NCBI GenBank assembly: GCA_003554605.1
Contig: PWGU01000212.1
Location: 2,773 to 66,772 of the forward strand
Source: Halorubrum sp.
Lineage (GTDB): Archaea; Halobacteriota; Halobacteria; Halobacteriales; Haloferacaceae
Length of the DNA stretch: 64,000 bases
Direction of reading: 5' to 3'
The position numbers and the translations under genes were made by a program. This document shows, piece by piece, positions 38,503 to 48,631 of this stretch (its first letter is position 1; each line of letters opens with the position of its first letter). The notes beneath the pieces are model-generated. The model was not told the origin of the DNA, made no database searches, and worked only from the letters and a program-made list of their open reading frames with translations.

Positions 38503-39552
38503 ATGACGCAGCTCGACACCGGCCCGGACGGCGAGGCCTGTGACGCCGACGAGCGCGCCAAGGACTTCGATGAGGGTCCCCACGGCCGAACGGTCCTCGT
38601 GACCGGCGGCGCGGGCTTCATCGGGAGCCACCTTGCGCGAGCGCTCGTCGAGGAGAACGAGGTGCGCATCCTCGACGACCTCACGACCGGCAGCGTGGAC
38701 GCGGTGCCCGACGATGCAACACCGATCGAGGGCGATGTCACCGACCGGGCGACCGTCGAGGAGGCGATGGCGGGGGTCGACATCGTCTTCCATCAGGCCG
38801 CGGTCGTCAGCGTCGACGAGTCGGTTGCGGATCCGCCACGGTCACACCGGGTGAACGTCGACGGAACGCTCACCGTACTGGAGGCCGCCCGGGAGGCGGG
38901 TGCGCGCGTCGTACTCGCATCGAGCGCGGCCGTCTACGGCGATCCGGGGACGCTTCCGGTGACGATCGATGAGCCGATGACGCCACGATCACCGTACGGT
39001 GCCGACAAGGCCGCGGTCGACGCGTACGCCCATGCCTACGACGCAACGTACGGGATCCCGGTCGTCGCGCTGCGGTACTTCAACGTGTACGGACCCGGTC
39101 AGCGGGGCCCGTACAGCGGCGTGATCGAGGCGTTCGTTCAACGGGCGCTCGCTGGTGAGCCCCTCACGATCCACGGTGACGGAGAGCAGACGCGCGATTT
39201 CGTCCACGTGTCGGACGTCGTCAAGGCGAACCTCGCAGCGGCGACGACCGAGCATACCGGAACCGCGTACAACGTCGGAACGGGCGAGAGCGTGACGGTC
39301 ACCGACCTCGCGGCGATCGTTCGCGAGGAGGCCGGGACTGACGCCGACGTTCGCCACGAGTCGGCTCGGACGGGGGACGTCCGTCACAGCCGCGCGGCAA
39401 CGGGGCGTGCCCGAGACCGACTCGGATTCGAAGCGCGGGTCCCGCTGCGTGAAGGAATAGCCGATCTCATTGGAGTGCGTGTTGAGACCAGCCAACCGTC
39501 CGGGTCGGCGGAACAGGCCCCACAGCGACCCGCTGACCACGGGGATGTCTAA
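38503..39552 (+). CDS. NAD-dependent epimerase (UDP-glucose/GlcNAc 4-epimerase-like)
   Basis: VTGGAGFIGSH, SSAAVYG, YGADK, LRYFNVYGP, RDFVHV. Confidence 0.9.
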   Translation: MTQLDTGPDGEACDADERAKDFDEGPHGRTVLVTGGAGFIGSHLARALVEENEVRILDDLTTGSVDAVPDDATPIEGDVTDRATVEEAMAGVDIVFHQAAVVSVDESVADPPRSHRVNVDGTLTVLEAAREAGARVVLASSAAVYGDPGTLPVTIDEPMTPRSPYGADKAAVDAYAHAYDATYGIPVVALRYFNVYGPGQRGPYSGVIEAFVQRALAGEPLTIHGDGEQTRDFVHVSDVVKANLAAATTEHTGTAYNVGTGESVTVTDLAAIVREEAGTDADVRHESARTGDVRHSRAATGRARDRLGFEARVPLREGIADLIGVRVETSQPSGSAEQAPQRPADHGDV

Positions 39553-40696
39553 CTCATACGCGGTCGAACAGCCACGATTCCACCTCCGGTGGCTGTTCGA
39601 ACACGGGAACGGCGACTGTGACAGCGAGTGCCGAAGCCGCGGGACCGTTCCGGAAGTGCTCGACGACGACTCTTGGGTGCCACGAGGACAGCGAGTGCTG
39701 TATGACCGCGTAAAAAACGGACTCGCGGCAGCGCTCGGGGCGATGGACCGTACCGGAACCGTCCTCCTGCCCGCGTACGTCCCCGGTGGAGTGACCTGGG
39801 CGGTCCGCAACGCTGGGTTCGACGTGCGGTACTTTCCCGTGAACGCCGATCTCTCGCTTCCCGTCGAAGCGATCGCCGAACGCATCGAGACGGTCGAGCC
39901 GGTGGGGCTGCTGGGCATCCACTACTTCGGCTTTGCGGACGAACGGTTCGATGAGGTCGCGGCGCTCGCCCGCGAGCGAGACGTGTTCCTGATCGAGGAC
40001 TGTGCCCGCGGGCTCTTCAGCCGGCACCGCGACGGTCGGCTCCTCGGGTCGACGGGGGATCTCGCACTCTTTTGTCTCCACAAAACGCTCCCCGTTCCGA
40101 ACGGCGGACTCGTGGTGGCCCGCGACGGACGAGTTCCCCGCCCCACCGTCCAGCGACGGGAGCGGTCGGCGAGACCACGACTGTTGGCGCTGTCGATCGC
40201 CCGCCGAGTCGGTATCCCACTAAACGTGGCCCCGACGATCAAGCGTGCAGCGAGTGCGAACATCGAATCGGTGAAGCCTGGGGCACCGAATGAGGCACCC
40301 GGGATTCTCACCTATCGCGGGCTGCATCACTGTCGGCCGGAAGACGTCCGCGACGCTCGCAACGACCGGTACCGGACCCTCCGGCGACTGCTCGTCGAAG
40401 ACGACACGGTGGAGGTCGTCACTCCCGAGGCACCGGACGGGGCCTCCCCGTATGGGGTTGCGGCGCTCGCCGCCGATACCGACGCCCGGCAGCGTTTCGT
40501 CCGTTCGCTCCGAAGCCGGGGGCTTCCATGTCAGGCGTTCACCTGGCCCGCCGTCTATCGACACGCCGAATCGCGGGCAGCTGCCGGTGCGGAAACGCTC
40601 CGGGATCGGTTGGTCGTGTTTCCGACACATCAGGAGCTTGCCGGTGAGACCATCGAACGAATGGCCGCAGCGATCTCGGTTGAGGCGGACCCGTAG
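39545..40696 (+). CDS. divergent DegT-family PLP-dependent protein
   Basis: LLPAYV, IHYFGF, LIEDCA, LHKTLPVPNGG. Confidence 0.75.
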   Translation: MSNSYAVEQPRFHLRWLFEHGNGDCDSECRSRGTVPEVLDDDSWVPRGQRVLYDRVKNGLAAALGAMDRTGTVLLPAYVPGGVTWAVRNAGFDVRYFPVNADLSLPVEAIAERIETVEPVGLLGIHYFGFADERFDEVAALARERDVFLIEDCARGLFSRHRDGRLLGSTGDLALFCLHKTLPVPNGGLVVARDGRVPRPTVQRRERSARPRLLALSIARRVGIPLNVAPTIKRAASANIESVKPGAPNEAPGILTYRGLHHCRPEDVRDARNDRYRTLRRLLVEDDTVEVVTPEAPDGASPYGVAALAADTDARQRFVRSLRSRGLPCQAFTWPAVYRHAESRAAAGAETLRDRLVVFPTHQELAGETIERMAAAISVEADP

Positions 40697-40874
40697 CTGT
40701 CCGATAAGTGAATGCAAAAAACCGGCCGGAGAACGGTTCCGAGAGGAATGGCGGCGGCCTCAAGCGGCGGACCGTGAAACGGCTCTGCCGTCGCCGTCCC
40801 GATGGGAGCGTCACGGTCCGGCGCCCCCAGCAACTCGACGCTCAACGTTCGAAGCCGCGGCGTCCGTCACCGAT

Positions 40875-41852
40875 TCAGTCGTCGTCTTCGGTTCCGTTGC
40901 CGTTACCGTTACCGTTGCCGTTACCGTTGCCGTTGCCGTTACCGTCCTCCGAATCGTCGTCAGGGGTTTCCTCCCCGTTCTCCTCCTCTCCGTTCTCTCC
41001 GTTCTCCTCTTCTTCCTCTTCTTCCTCCTCCTCTTCGTCCTCCTCTCCGTTCTCCTCTTCTTCCTCCTCCTCTTCGTCCTCCTCATCTTCCTCCGCCGGG
41101 CCGACGATGAACTCGTCCACGGCGTCGAGCACTTCCTGTTGGGAGAGTGCGGCGTCGAAGGCATCCGGGAACGGCGCCTCGCCGTTGACGTAGTTGAACA
41201 CTGCAGCGTGCCGGGCCTCGACGCTGTGAATGGAGACCGCCGCGCTCACGAGGTCGGGACTCTCGATGTACGGTGCGGCCCCCGCGTACGCCGCGACGCC
41301 GATGTTCTCGATGACCTGTGCGAGTTCGAGCACGTCCCCGACGCTCTCGAATCCGAAGTCGTACTCCATCTCCATTGCCGGGTCGCCGCCGAGGAGCTCT
41401 ACGACCTGTGTGAGCACATCGACGTGGCTCGACTCATGCTCGCCGGCGACGACGACGGCGTCGTACACCTCTTGACGGGCCTCCTCGTCGAACTCGGAAA
41501 GCGCATCCGAGTCGACGAACGCCTCCTCGTCGAACTCTTCGAGGGCTTCACGATAGAACGCGTCCTCCAGATTTTCCAGCGTGAGCGCGTAGTTCAACAC
41601 GTCCACGTCGGTTCCACGATCGGTGAACGAGGCCACTTCCGAGTCGTCCATCTCCTCCTCTTCGTCGTCTTCCTCGGCGACCGCCGTCCCGCCACTGAGA
41701 GCCAGCAACGCCCCGCCAGCGACTGCGGATTTCGCCAAGAAGCCGCGTCGAGAGTCCCCCTCATCGGTGATCTGTGACCGAATGGAGTCAGCGATGCGCT
41801 CGGCGCGTTCCTGTGTCGTGTCCATCTTCATTGTGGTGTCTATGTCTGTCAT
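40875..41852 (-). CDS. Tat-exported ferritin-like domain protein with acidic/(GN)n tail
   Basis: SRRGFL twin-arginine; LNYALTLENLE, HESSH, IENIGVAAYAGA, VEARHAA; upstream GTT-N9-TAACAA at 41945-41962. Confidence 0.85.
   Translation of the reverse strand: MTDIDTTMKMDTTQERAERIADSIRSQITDEGDSRRGFLAKSAVAGGALLALSGGTAVAEEDDEEEEMDDSEVASFTDRGTDVDVLNYALTLENLEDAFYREALEEFDEEAFVDSDALSEFDEEARQEVYDAVVVAGEHESSHVDVLTQVVELLGGDPAMEMEYDFGFESVGDVLELAQVIENIGVAAYAGAAPYIESPDLVSAAVSIHSVEARHAAVFNYVNGEAPFPDAFDAALSQQEVLDAVDEFIVGPAEEDEEDEEEEEEEENGEEDEEEEEEEEEEENGENGEEENGEETPDDDSEDGNGNGNGNGNGNGNGNGTEDDD
40894..40945 (-). repeat. 6-bp microsatellite encoding (GN)8
   Basis: ccgttg/ccgtta units on the plus strand; preceded in the protein by a poly-Glu tract. 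Confidence 0.85.
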
Positions 41853-42367
41853 GGGTGGTTCCAGTATCGGACCGATCAGCCGACGAACACCGTATGTCGC
41901 TCGCCGTCTCGTCCGACTGGGTATCGCTTCACCCGTCGGTCGTATTGTTATTTGTTGCCAACAGAACCCGACATAAACATTTGTTTCGCTTACTCGGTTC
42001 GCCGATCGGCACTATCCAAATTACTGGGCGAGTTTTTGGTCACACCATTCGCCGACGAAGAGGCGTCCCACTCGCCCCACAACCTCCCGGAGAAACGTTT
42101 CGATACGGAGCGAGTAGTGGGAGTAAGCCGAGCAAACGACGCACGAATAACGCGTACGGAGGCGGCAGACGGCTCGTGACGCGAACGACGTTCCCGGTCC
42201 CACGTGTGCCACCATACCATGATCCCCGCGGCTGTCGCCGTTCCCTACAGGTGTGTCGGCTTCGTTCACCGCCGGTTACCCACGTCCGGAAACGGAGGTT
42301 ACGAGATCGATGCAGAACAAGCGTTGGCGGTGGTGCAAAATGGGTCGGTGGGCCCGCCGGCGCGGAG

Positions 42368-42928
42368 CTACCCGACGAACGCCTGTTCCGAACAGGGGTT
42401 GTTGAATCGGTCCTCGTCGAGAATGTTGAGGTCATCGTAGCAGTCGGAGTCGAGCCAATCGACGACGTTCGGCGTGTGTGCACATCGGTTCTCGTTCTCG
42501 ACGTAACAGATCGCGAATTGGTTCTGGTTGTACTTGATCACTGCCAATATCTTGTCACCGCCGCCGTCGAACTTGACGACGGGGCTATCGCCGTACTGCC
42601 CCGGGATCGTCGTCGCTGTATCCTCGGTGAATTCGACTTTTTCACACACCGCATCACCGTCCCGCTCGACGACGACGTTTACGAATAGCGGGTCCTGACC
42701 GTCCGTGCCGAACTCCAAGTCGGACGGCGAAACGATGATCCAGACGGACGAACATCCCTTGAAATCGACCGCAAACTCGTTCCACGCCGCAGCGCTCCCG
42801 GCAAACGCTCCGATAGCGCCGAGCCCAAGCACGGCAGTACCCGTGCTCGCAAGGACGGTTCGTCGGTTGATCGGTCGGCGGTCACCACGTTCATGCTCCT
42901 CGGATGGACCGGATGTAGTTCCTGTCAC
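42368..42928 (-). CDS. Tat-secreted cysteine-containing hypothetical protein
   Basis: NRRTVL twin-arginine, AAA cleavage site, 6 Cys. Confidence 0.7.
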   Translation of the reverse strand: MTGTTSGPSEEHERGDRRPINRRTVLASTGTAVLGLGAIGAFAGSAAAWNEFAVDFKGCSSVWIIVSPSDLEFGTDGQDPLFVNVVVERDGDAVCEKVEFTEDTATTIPGQYGDSPVVKFDGGGDKILAVIKYNQNQFAICYVENENRCAHTPNVVDWLDSDCYDDLNILDEDRFNNPCSEQAFVG

Positions 42929-42954
42929 GTTCGATGTGATGGGTCGTCAGAGTA

Positions 42955-42972
42955 TTGTAATAATTCTCATAC
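42955..42972 (-). promoter_or_regulatory. cluster motif GTA-N9-TTACAA
   Basis: Minus strand GTA tgagaatta TTACAA, 26 nt before GTG 42928. Confidence 0.75.
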
Positions 42973-43394
42973 TACCGGGAGAGGGGCCACTGTATCCGGT
43001 AAGACGAGCGTATTCAGGTCCCGTTTTGGATGCGATAGCGTGGATGAGTACGTGTGTTCCCTCGAAGTGGGGCGGTCACGATACGATACTGACCGTCCTA
43101 CATTCCCTCCCCACCCCCCTGCGAAGGGGGGCGGTAGCAGCTACCTACCGGACCAAATTGGGCTAAACTATCTCATACCTTTAATATACTGATGGGGAAT
43201 GGTGCGTCTGTCACTATGCGAATCACACGGCGGATCTCCGGCTATCCCGCTTTGCTTCCGCGATCCATCCGGAAATTATCGGTAGCCCGTACGAGCTCCG
43301 CGGTGTCGGGTGTCGACAGCCCCACGGATGGATCACGTCACCGTCCAGTATCCGACCAACGCAGCCAACGGCACGAATCACGAACACCACAGCA

Positions 43395-43976
43395 ATGAGC
43401 GCCAAGGAGATCCCCCCTGAATCAATATCCGTCGAGAACAGTAGCACCGAACCCACTCCCGACGATCGGGAGGTCACGAAACCACCAGCAGCCAATCTCT
43501 CGTTGGACGTCGTTTTCAACGTCCTCCGAAACCGTCGCCGACGGCTGGTCCTGCAGTCGATAGAGGAGGAGGAAGGAACCACGACGCTCAGCGACCTTGC
43601 CGAACACATCGGCGGGATAGAGAACGACAAGCCGCCGGCCGCACTCAACGCGCAGGAACGAAAGCGAGTGTACGTCGGCCTCTATCAGTGCCATCTCCCG
43701 AAGATGGACGACGCCGGCGCCATCGAGTTCGACAAGAATCGCGGCACCGTAGATCGCGGACCCATGGTCGATACGTATCACACGTACCTCGAGCGCGAGG
43801 TCGAAACCCGCAGGCAGTGGGCGAAATATTACGGCGGACTCACCGGCGTTTCCGCTGCCGCGCTTGTCGGGTCGGTCGTCCTCTCCACCGGGTTGACGTC
43901 GACCGTTTTTGTCGTGACGCTTCTCACCCTCGCTGTGCTCTCCGCGTGGCATTGGTCCCGGACGGACGGGGTCTGA
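43395..43976 (+). CDS. DUF7344-type HTH protein with C-terminal transmembrane helices
   Basis: FNVLRNRRRR...RKRVYVGLYQCHLPKM; paralog of 13525. Confidence 0.8.
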   Translation: MSAKEIPPESISVENSSTEPTPDDREVTKPPAANLSLDVVFNVLRNRRRRLVLQSIEEEEGTTTLSDLAEHIGGIENDKPPAALNAQERKRVYVGLYQCHLPKMDDAGAIEFDKNRGTVDRGPMVDTYHTYLEREVETRRQWAKYYGGLTGVSAAALVGSVVLSTGLTSTVFVVTLLTLAVLSAWHWSRTDGV

Positions 43977-44065
43977 TCCCACTCGAGGAATCCGCGTCCA
44001 CGTTCCCCACTCGTTCGGGTTCCGTCGATCACCCTACAGCGACTCCATACCGGCGGTCAAACTCG

Positions 44066-44083
44066 GTTGTCACTCCATAACAA
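44066..44083 (+). promoter_or_regulatory. cluster motif GTT-N9-TAACAA
   Basis: GTT gtcactcca TAACAA upstream of glmS. Confidence 0.6.
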
Positions 44084-44218
44084 AGCACCGATCTCGTGGA
44101 TTTCACGTCGTCGTTCCGACGGCACGGGACGGACGGATACAACTCATGAATCTACAGACGAACCCCGACGATCCCCGATCGCTTCGCCACGAACTCACCG
44201 GCCGCGTGGGGTGGTGAG

Positions 44219-46081
44219 ATGTGTGGCATCATCGGCCGCGCCGGCGACGGCGATGCGCTCGCATCACTTCTCACGGGGCTCAAAAACCTCGAGTACCGCG
44301 GGTACGACTCCGCCGGCGTCGCCGTTCGGAACCGGGACGGGATCGACGTGTGCAAGCGGGAAGGTGAGACGGACGTGCTCGACGCGGCGGTCGCCGAGCG
44401 TAACCTCACCGGTGACAGCGGCATCGGACACACACGCTGGAGCACCCACGGTGCGCCCTCCGACGCGAACGCACACCCGCACACCGACGAGGACGGTCGC
44501 GTCGCCGTCGTCCACAACGGGATCATCCGCAATTACGAATCGCTGCGGCGCGAGCTTCGAGAGGACGGCCACCGGTTCACCAGCGAGACGGATTCGGAGG
44601 TGGTTCCACATCTCGTCGCCCGGGAGCTCGACGCCGGTGCGACCCCGGAGGCCGCGTTCAGGACGGCGGTCGACCGACTGGAGGGGAGCTACGCCCTCGC
44701 AATGGTCGTCGAGGACGACGACGCCATCTATGCAACCCGCCATGGGTCCCCGCTGGTGCTCGGCGTGGGCGACGATGGGAACTACCTCGCCAGCGACGTA
44801 CCCGCGTTTCTGGAGTTCACCGACCGCGTGATCTACCTGGAGGAGGACGACCTCGCCGTCCTCGACGAGGAGGGCTATCGTCTCACGACGAGGGGTGGAG
44901 AGACGGTCGAACGTGCCGTCGAGACGGTCGATTGGACGGCTGGAGATGCCCAGAAGGGTGTGTACACACACTTCATGCGCAAGGAGATAGACGAGCAGCC
45001 CGCTTCGCTCCGGCAGACACTCGAAGGACGAAGTGAAGGCCCCGAGGCCGTTCTGGAGGGCTTCCCACCGGGATCGCTCTCGGAGGTCAGCGACGTCGTC
45101 TTCGTCGCCTGCGGAACGTCGTATCACGCAGCCATGTACGGGAGTACGTTGCTCCGCCGCCGGGGGATCCCGGCGACCGCGATGCGTGCAAACGAGTTCG
45201 CACACGACCCGATGCCCGTCTCCGATCGAACGCTGGTGATCGCCGTCACCCAGAGCGGCGAGACGGCGGACACGCTGGCATCGCTTCGCGTCGCGAACGG
45301 GTCGCCGGCCAGGACCCTGGCAGTCACGAACGTCGTCGGTTCGAGCGCCGCGCGCGAGGCGAACGACGCGATGTTCATCCGCGCCGGCCCGGAGATCGGC
45401 GTCGCCGCCACCAAGACGTTCTCCTCACAGGTGGCGTCGCTGGCGCTGCTCGCGGACCGCCTGTACGCGGACGGCGCCGGGATCGGAGCCGACGCCGGCG
45501 TTCGGATGCCGGCGACATCGATGGCCGAGGGGTCCAGTACGACGGACGGAGGCACCGAAGCCGGCACGATCCGGTCACTTCCCGAGGACGTCGAGACGGT
45601 CGTCAACGACGGCGGTGCGTCCAGATTGGCGAAACAGTACGCGGACGCCGACTCGTACTTTTTCATCGGCCGGGGGGTCGGCTATCCGGTTGCGCTCGAG
45701 GGGGCGCTCAAATTCAAGGAGATCACGTACGAGCACGCGGAGGGGTTCGCGGCCGGCGAACTCAAACACGGCCCGCTCGCGCTTGTGACCCCCTCGACCG
45801 TGATCGTCGCGGTGTTCACGGGACGGGACGACGAACGGACGCTCCACAACGTGCGCGAAGCACAGACGCGTGGGGCACCGATCATCGGCGTCGGGCCGGA
45901 GTCGGCAACCGAGATCCGAGAGGCAGTCGACGAGTATCTCCCGTTTCCCGACACAGACCCGGAGCTCGCAGGCATCCTCGCAAACGTCCATCTCCAACTG
46001 CTGGCGTACCATGCCGCGGAGATCCGTGATCGAGCGATCGACAAACCGCGAAACCTCGCGAAAAGCGTCACCGTAGAGTGA
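44219..46081 (+). CDS. glmS: glutamine--fructose-6-phosphate transaminase
   Basis: MCGII, LEYRGYDSAG, GHTRWSTHG, QSGETADT, ELKHGPLAL, PRNLAKSVTVE. Confidence 0.97.
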   Translation: MCGIIGRAGDGDALASLLTGLKNLEYRGYDSAGVAVRNRDGIDVCKREGETDVLDAAVAERNLTGDSGIGHTRWSTHGAPSDANAHPHTDEDGRVAVVHNGIIRNYESLRRELREDGHRFTSETDSEVVPHLVARELDAGATPEAAFRTAVDRLEGSYALAMVVEDDDAIYATRHGSPLVLGVGDDGNYLASDVPAFLEFTDRVIYLEEDDLAVLDEEGYRLTTRGGETVERAVETVDWTAGDAQKGVYTHFMRKEIDEQPASLRQTLEGRSEGPEAVLEGFPPGSLSEVSDVVFVACGTSYHAAMYGSTLLRRRGIPATAMRANEFAHDPMPVSDRTLVIAVTQSGETADTLASLRVANGSPARTLAVTNVVGSSAAREANDAMFIRAGPEIGVAATKTFSSQVASLALLADRLYADGAGIGADAGVRMPATSMAEGSSTTDGGTEAGTIRSLPEDVETVVNDGGASRLAKQYADADSYFFIGRGVGYPVALEGALKFKEITYEHAEGFAAGELKHGPLALVTPSTVIVAVFTGRDDERTLHNVREAQTRGAPIIGVGPESATEIREAVDEYLPFPDTDPELAGILANVHLQLLAYHAAEIRDRAIDKPRNLAKSVTVE

Positions 46082-46136
46082 CGGTGACGATCGGGGAAAC
46101 CATTCTATCTTGCCATCTCGCTTCCTGAAAGCCGAG

Positions 46137-46373
46137 CTACTGTCCGCCGTGTTCCCACCGGGAGTACCTGGTGTCCGTCTCGATATCGGCCCCGTCCGCG
46201 TCCTCGGGACGGATCGCCGCCTTTCCGACCGAGAGTTGCTGGCGCGTGAGACACTCAAGACAGCCATGGACCGTGTTCCCCGTGCCAAACACACGGACGA
46301 ACCGTGAGCTGACCGCAACGCCGCAGCGCTCACATCGCCGGTTCACGTCCGTGGAGTACCGTCGGTCGGACAT
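46137..46373 (-). CDS. small CxxC zinc-finger protein
   Basis: CERCG...FVRVFG...HGCLEC. Confidence 0.7.
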   Translation of the reverse strand: MSDRRYSTDVNRRCERCGVAVSSRFVRVFGTGNTVHGCLECLTRQQLSVGKAAIRPEDADGADIETDTRYSRWEHGGQ

Positions 46374-46666
46374 GGCTGCCCGGTTCTCACGGACCCGTTT
46401 GGTTAGTCGGGAGCTACCGGAGTTGAACGGGGCCGAACCGGAGCGCGCCATCAAGCGCGGAGATATTCGCTTTGAGGTCCCGAACGAAGCCGAATCATAA
46501 CGAAATACGTCCGGCTCCGTTGAACAGGTACCCGAACACCCGATCAGAAACCGACAGCTGCCCACTGTTCGCGATCATCGGGTGACGGGTCCTTTTTCCC
46601 GAAAGGCCGGCCGGTGACTGCAGTCGTTTCCGATCAGCAGTTCGAGCGTGTGATGAAAAGCGAGTG

Positions 46667-46945
46667 CTACTCGTCCGTGTTGCTCGGGTCCACGATGACC
46701 GTCCCATCCGCAAGAACCGTCACCTCACAATCCGCATACACGAACGACACCGTGAGACCTTCCGTCCCCCGTGTGACGCCGTTAAAAAGGGAATCGAGCG
46801 CGTCGGTGTCTATCGTGTCGTTGAGCGTCGGAAGTTCGATCGCGTTCACGCCGGTGGCGTCGCTCACCGTCTCCACGACGGTGACTGACGGAGGCACCTC
46901 GTCCCATTCATACCGATTAATCACAGGTGCCGAGCCATCACTCAT
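46667..46945 (-). CDS. HalOD1 output-domain protein
   Basis: PSVTVVETVS...LPTLNDTIDTDALDSLF...VSFVY. Confidence 0.8.
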   Translation of the reverse strand: MSDGSAPVINRYEWDEVPPSVTVVETVSDATGVNAIELPTLNDTIDTDALDSLFNGVTRGTEGLTVSFVYADCEVTVLADGTVIVDPSNTDE

Positions 46946-47125
46946 TGCAGCCTCCCACGGCGAAGGAGTGACCGTGCGGAGGCGCTACTAGGACGGTCGA
47001 TAGCGGAGGTGAAAGCTGCCATCTGCTACGTAATCATTGAGGAGCAGTCCTCTTTTGCGTTCTGGTTTATCAACGCGATGTTGCTCGGAATGGGTAGGTT
47101 GAGATCGGAAAGAATAGAATTCCAG

Positions 47126-48313
47126 TCAGGATCCGGGACCACGCCAGGGCGTCCGCTGTACGGTCCGTGTTCGTGTATCACACGTGGTGAGCACTTCGAC
47201 ACCTTCGATGAACACGCGCTCAACGACCGGGAACGGCTCCGGGTTGACGAGCAGCACGTCGGCTCGGGCACCGGCCTCCATTCGTCCCCTATCGTGAAGC
47301 CCGGCGGCCTCCGCCGGATTTTGGGTGACTCGGTTGACCCGAACTGAGAACGGTTCACCGGTGTCGACGAACGGCGCGGCGAGCAAGGAGGGTGGATGGT
47401 AATCCGAGCACAACACGTCGACGACGCCGTCGTCGATCGCCGAGCGAACGGAAAGATTGTCCCACAAGCTCCCACCCCTGACGAGGTTCGGTGCCCCCAT
47501 CGCGACGGTCATGCCTCGGTCAGCCGCGTGTTCGGCCGCCTCGATTGTGAGCGGATACTCGCTTATCCACGCTCCGTGGTCGAGTTGGCGTTCGACGTCC
47601 GCCGGCGACTCGTCATCGTGGGAGGCGAGCGGAACCTCGAGGGTAGCCGCCAACTCGGCGATTCGCTCCGAGAGTGAATCGCGGACCGAGCGCGAGAGCG
47701 CGTCACGGTCGATGGCCGCCTCGGCGACGCTCTCCCGTGGCCAGTTTCGGTCCTCGACGTAGTGGCGCACGAACTCGTCGGCGTCGAATTGGCCGTCGTC
47801 GGGTGCGTGGTGCATGATCGATACGAGGTCGGCATCGACGTCGTCCACCACGCGCTCGACGGCGTCGACGCTCGACCGCGAGAGCTCACAACGGATGTGC
47901 AGCCGATTGTCACCGAGAGCGCCCGTCATCGACGGGATCTCGCGGGCGAGTTCGTCCGCGTCGGCGAAGCTTCGGTTGTCGTCCGGGGCGTCCTCGAACG
48001 CGACGGCGTGGAACTTCGTCGTCACGCCGGCCATCACGTTTACACGGTCCACCATCGAGAGCGCCCACCGGGCGTCAACGCGGGCCCCCGAACGTGGATA
48101 GAGCTCCTGTTCAACGTCGTCTCCGTGGAGGTCGACGAGCCCCGGCATGACGACCAACCCACTCGCATCCACGGTTTTTGCACGGGGTAACGGCTCGACC
48201 GGCGTCTCACTCACCGACACGATATGCGAACCGGCGAGCACGACTCGCCCGTCCTCGAGAACCCGAGTGGGGGTAACGACCCGTCCATGTCGGATTTCGG
48301 TGATTCCCGTCAT
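47126..48313 (-). CDS. phnM: PhnM-like alpha-D-ribose 1-methylphosphonate 5-triphosphate diphosphatase
   Basis: PGLVDLHGD, GVTTKFHA, ASHDD, MGAPNLVRGGS, SDYHP; upstream GAA-N9-TAACAA at 48475-48492. Confidence 0.8.
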   Translation of the reverse strand: MTGITEIRHGRVVTPTRVLEDGRVVLAGSHIVSVSETPVEPLPRAKTVDASGLVVMPGLVDLHGDDVEQELYPRSGARVDARWALSMVDRVNVMAGVTTKFHAVAFEDAPDDNRSFADADELAREIPSMTGALGDNRLHIRCELSRSSVDAVERVVDDVDADLVSIMHHAPDDGQFDADEFVRHYVEDRNWPRESVAEAAIDRDALSRSVRDSLSERIAELAATLEVPLASHDDESPADVERQLDHGAWISEYPLTIEAAEHAADRGMTVAMGAPNLVRGGSLWDNLSVRSAIDDGVVDVLCSDYHPPSLLAAPFVDTGEPFSVRVNRVTQNPAEAAGLHDRGRMEAGARADVLLVNPEPFPVVERVFIEGVEVLTTCDTRTRTVQRTPWRGPGS

Positions 48314-48631
48314 GAGGCAGGAGACTCTCCTGTGGTCGGACGCCGAGCGCGCAGATCGGCATGGGGAACGGGAGGATGTGGTCCGCCAGGTGGGACGCGA
48401 ACGGTCGACCCCGTCGCCGGACCGATGGAAGGTGGACGGAAGAGCATTGGGAACGCCGTGACAATGGACCCGCTTTGTTAAGCACATCATTCCCGGGCGA
48501 GAGCCACCACGCTGCACGAGGGGGGACTCCCCAGCCGGCAGATCCGAGTCAAAAACCGTCACTCGATTAATAAAAAAAATTTTTGGACGAAAATGTCACT
48601 AAAATATACGAATCGCAGTTGAGTTACGCAT

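Noticed and set aside
43114-43131. ccccct-gcga-aggggg hairpin as an ncRNA or IS end
   Set aside because: An isolated short stem with no partner end or other supporting structure
45460-45580. Insertion in GlmS as a possible intein
   Set aside because: Short Gly/Ala/Thr-rich linker with no intein terminal motifs
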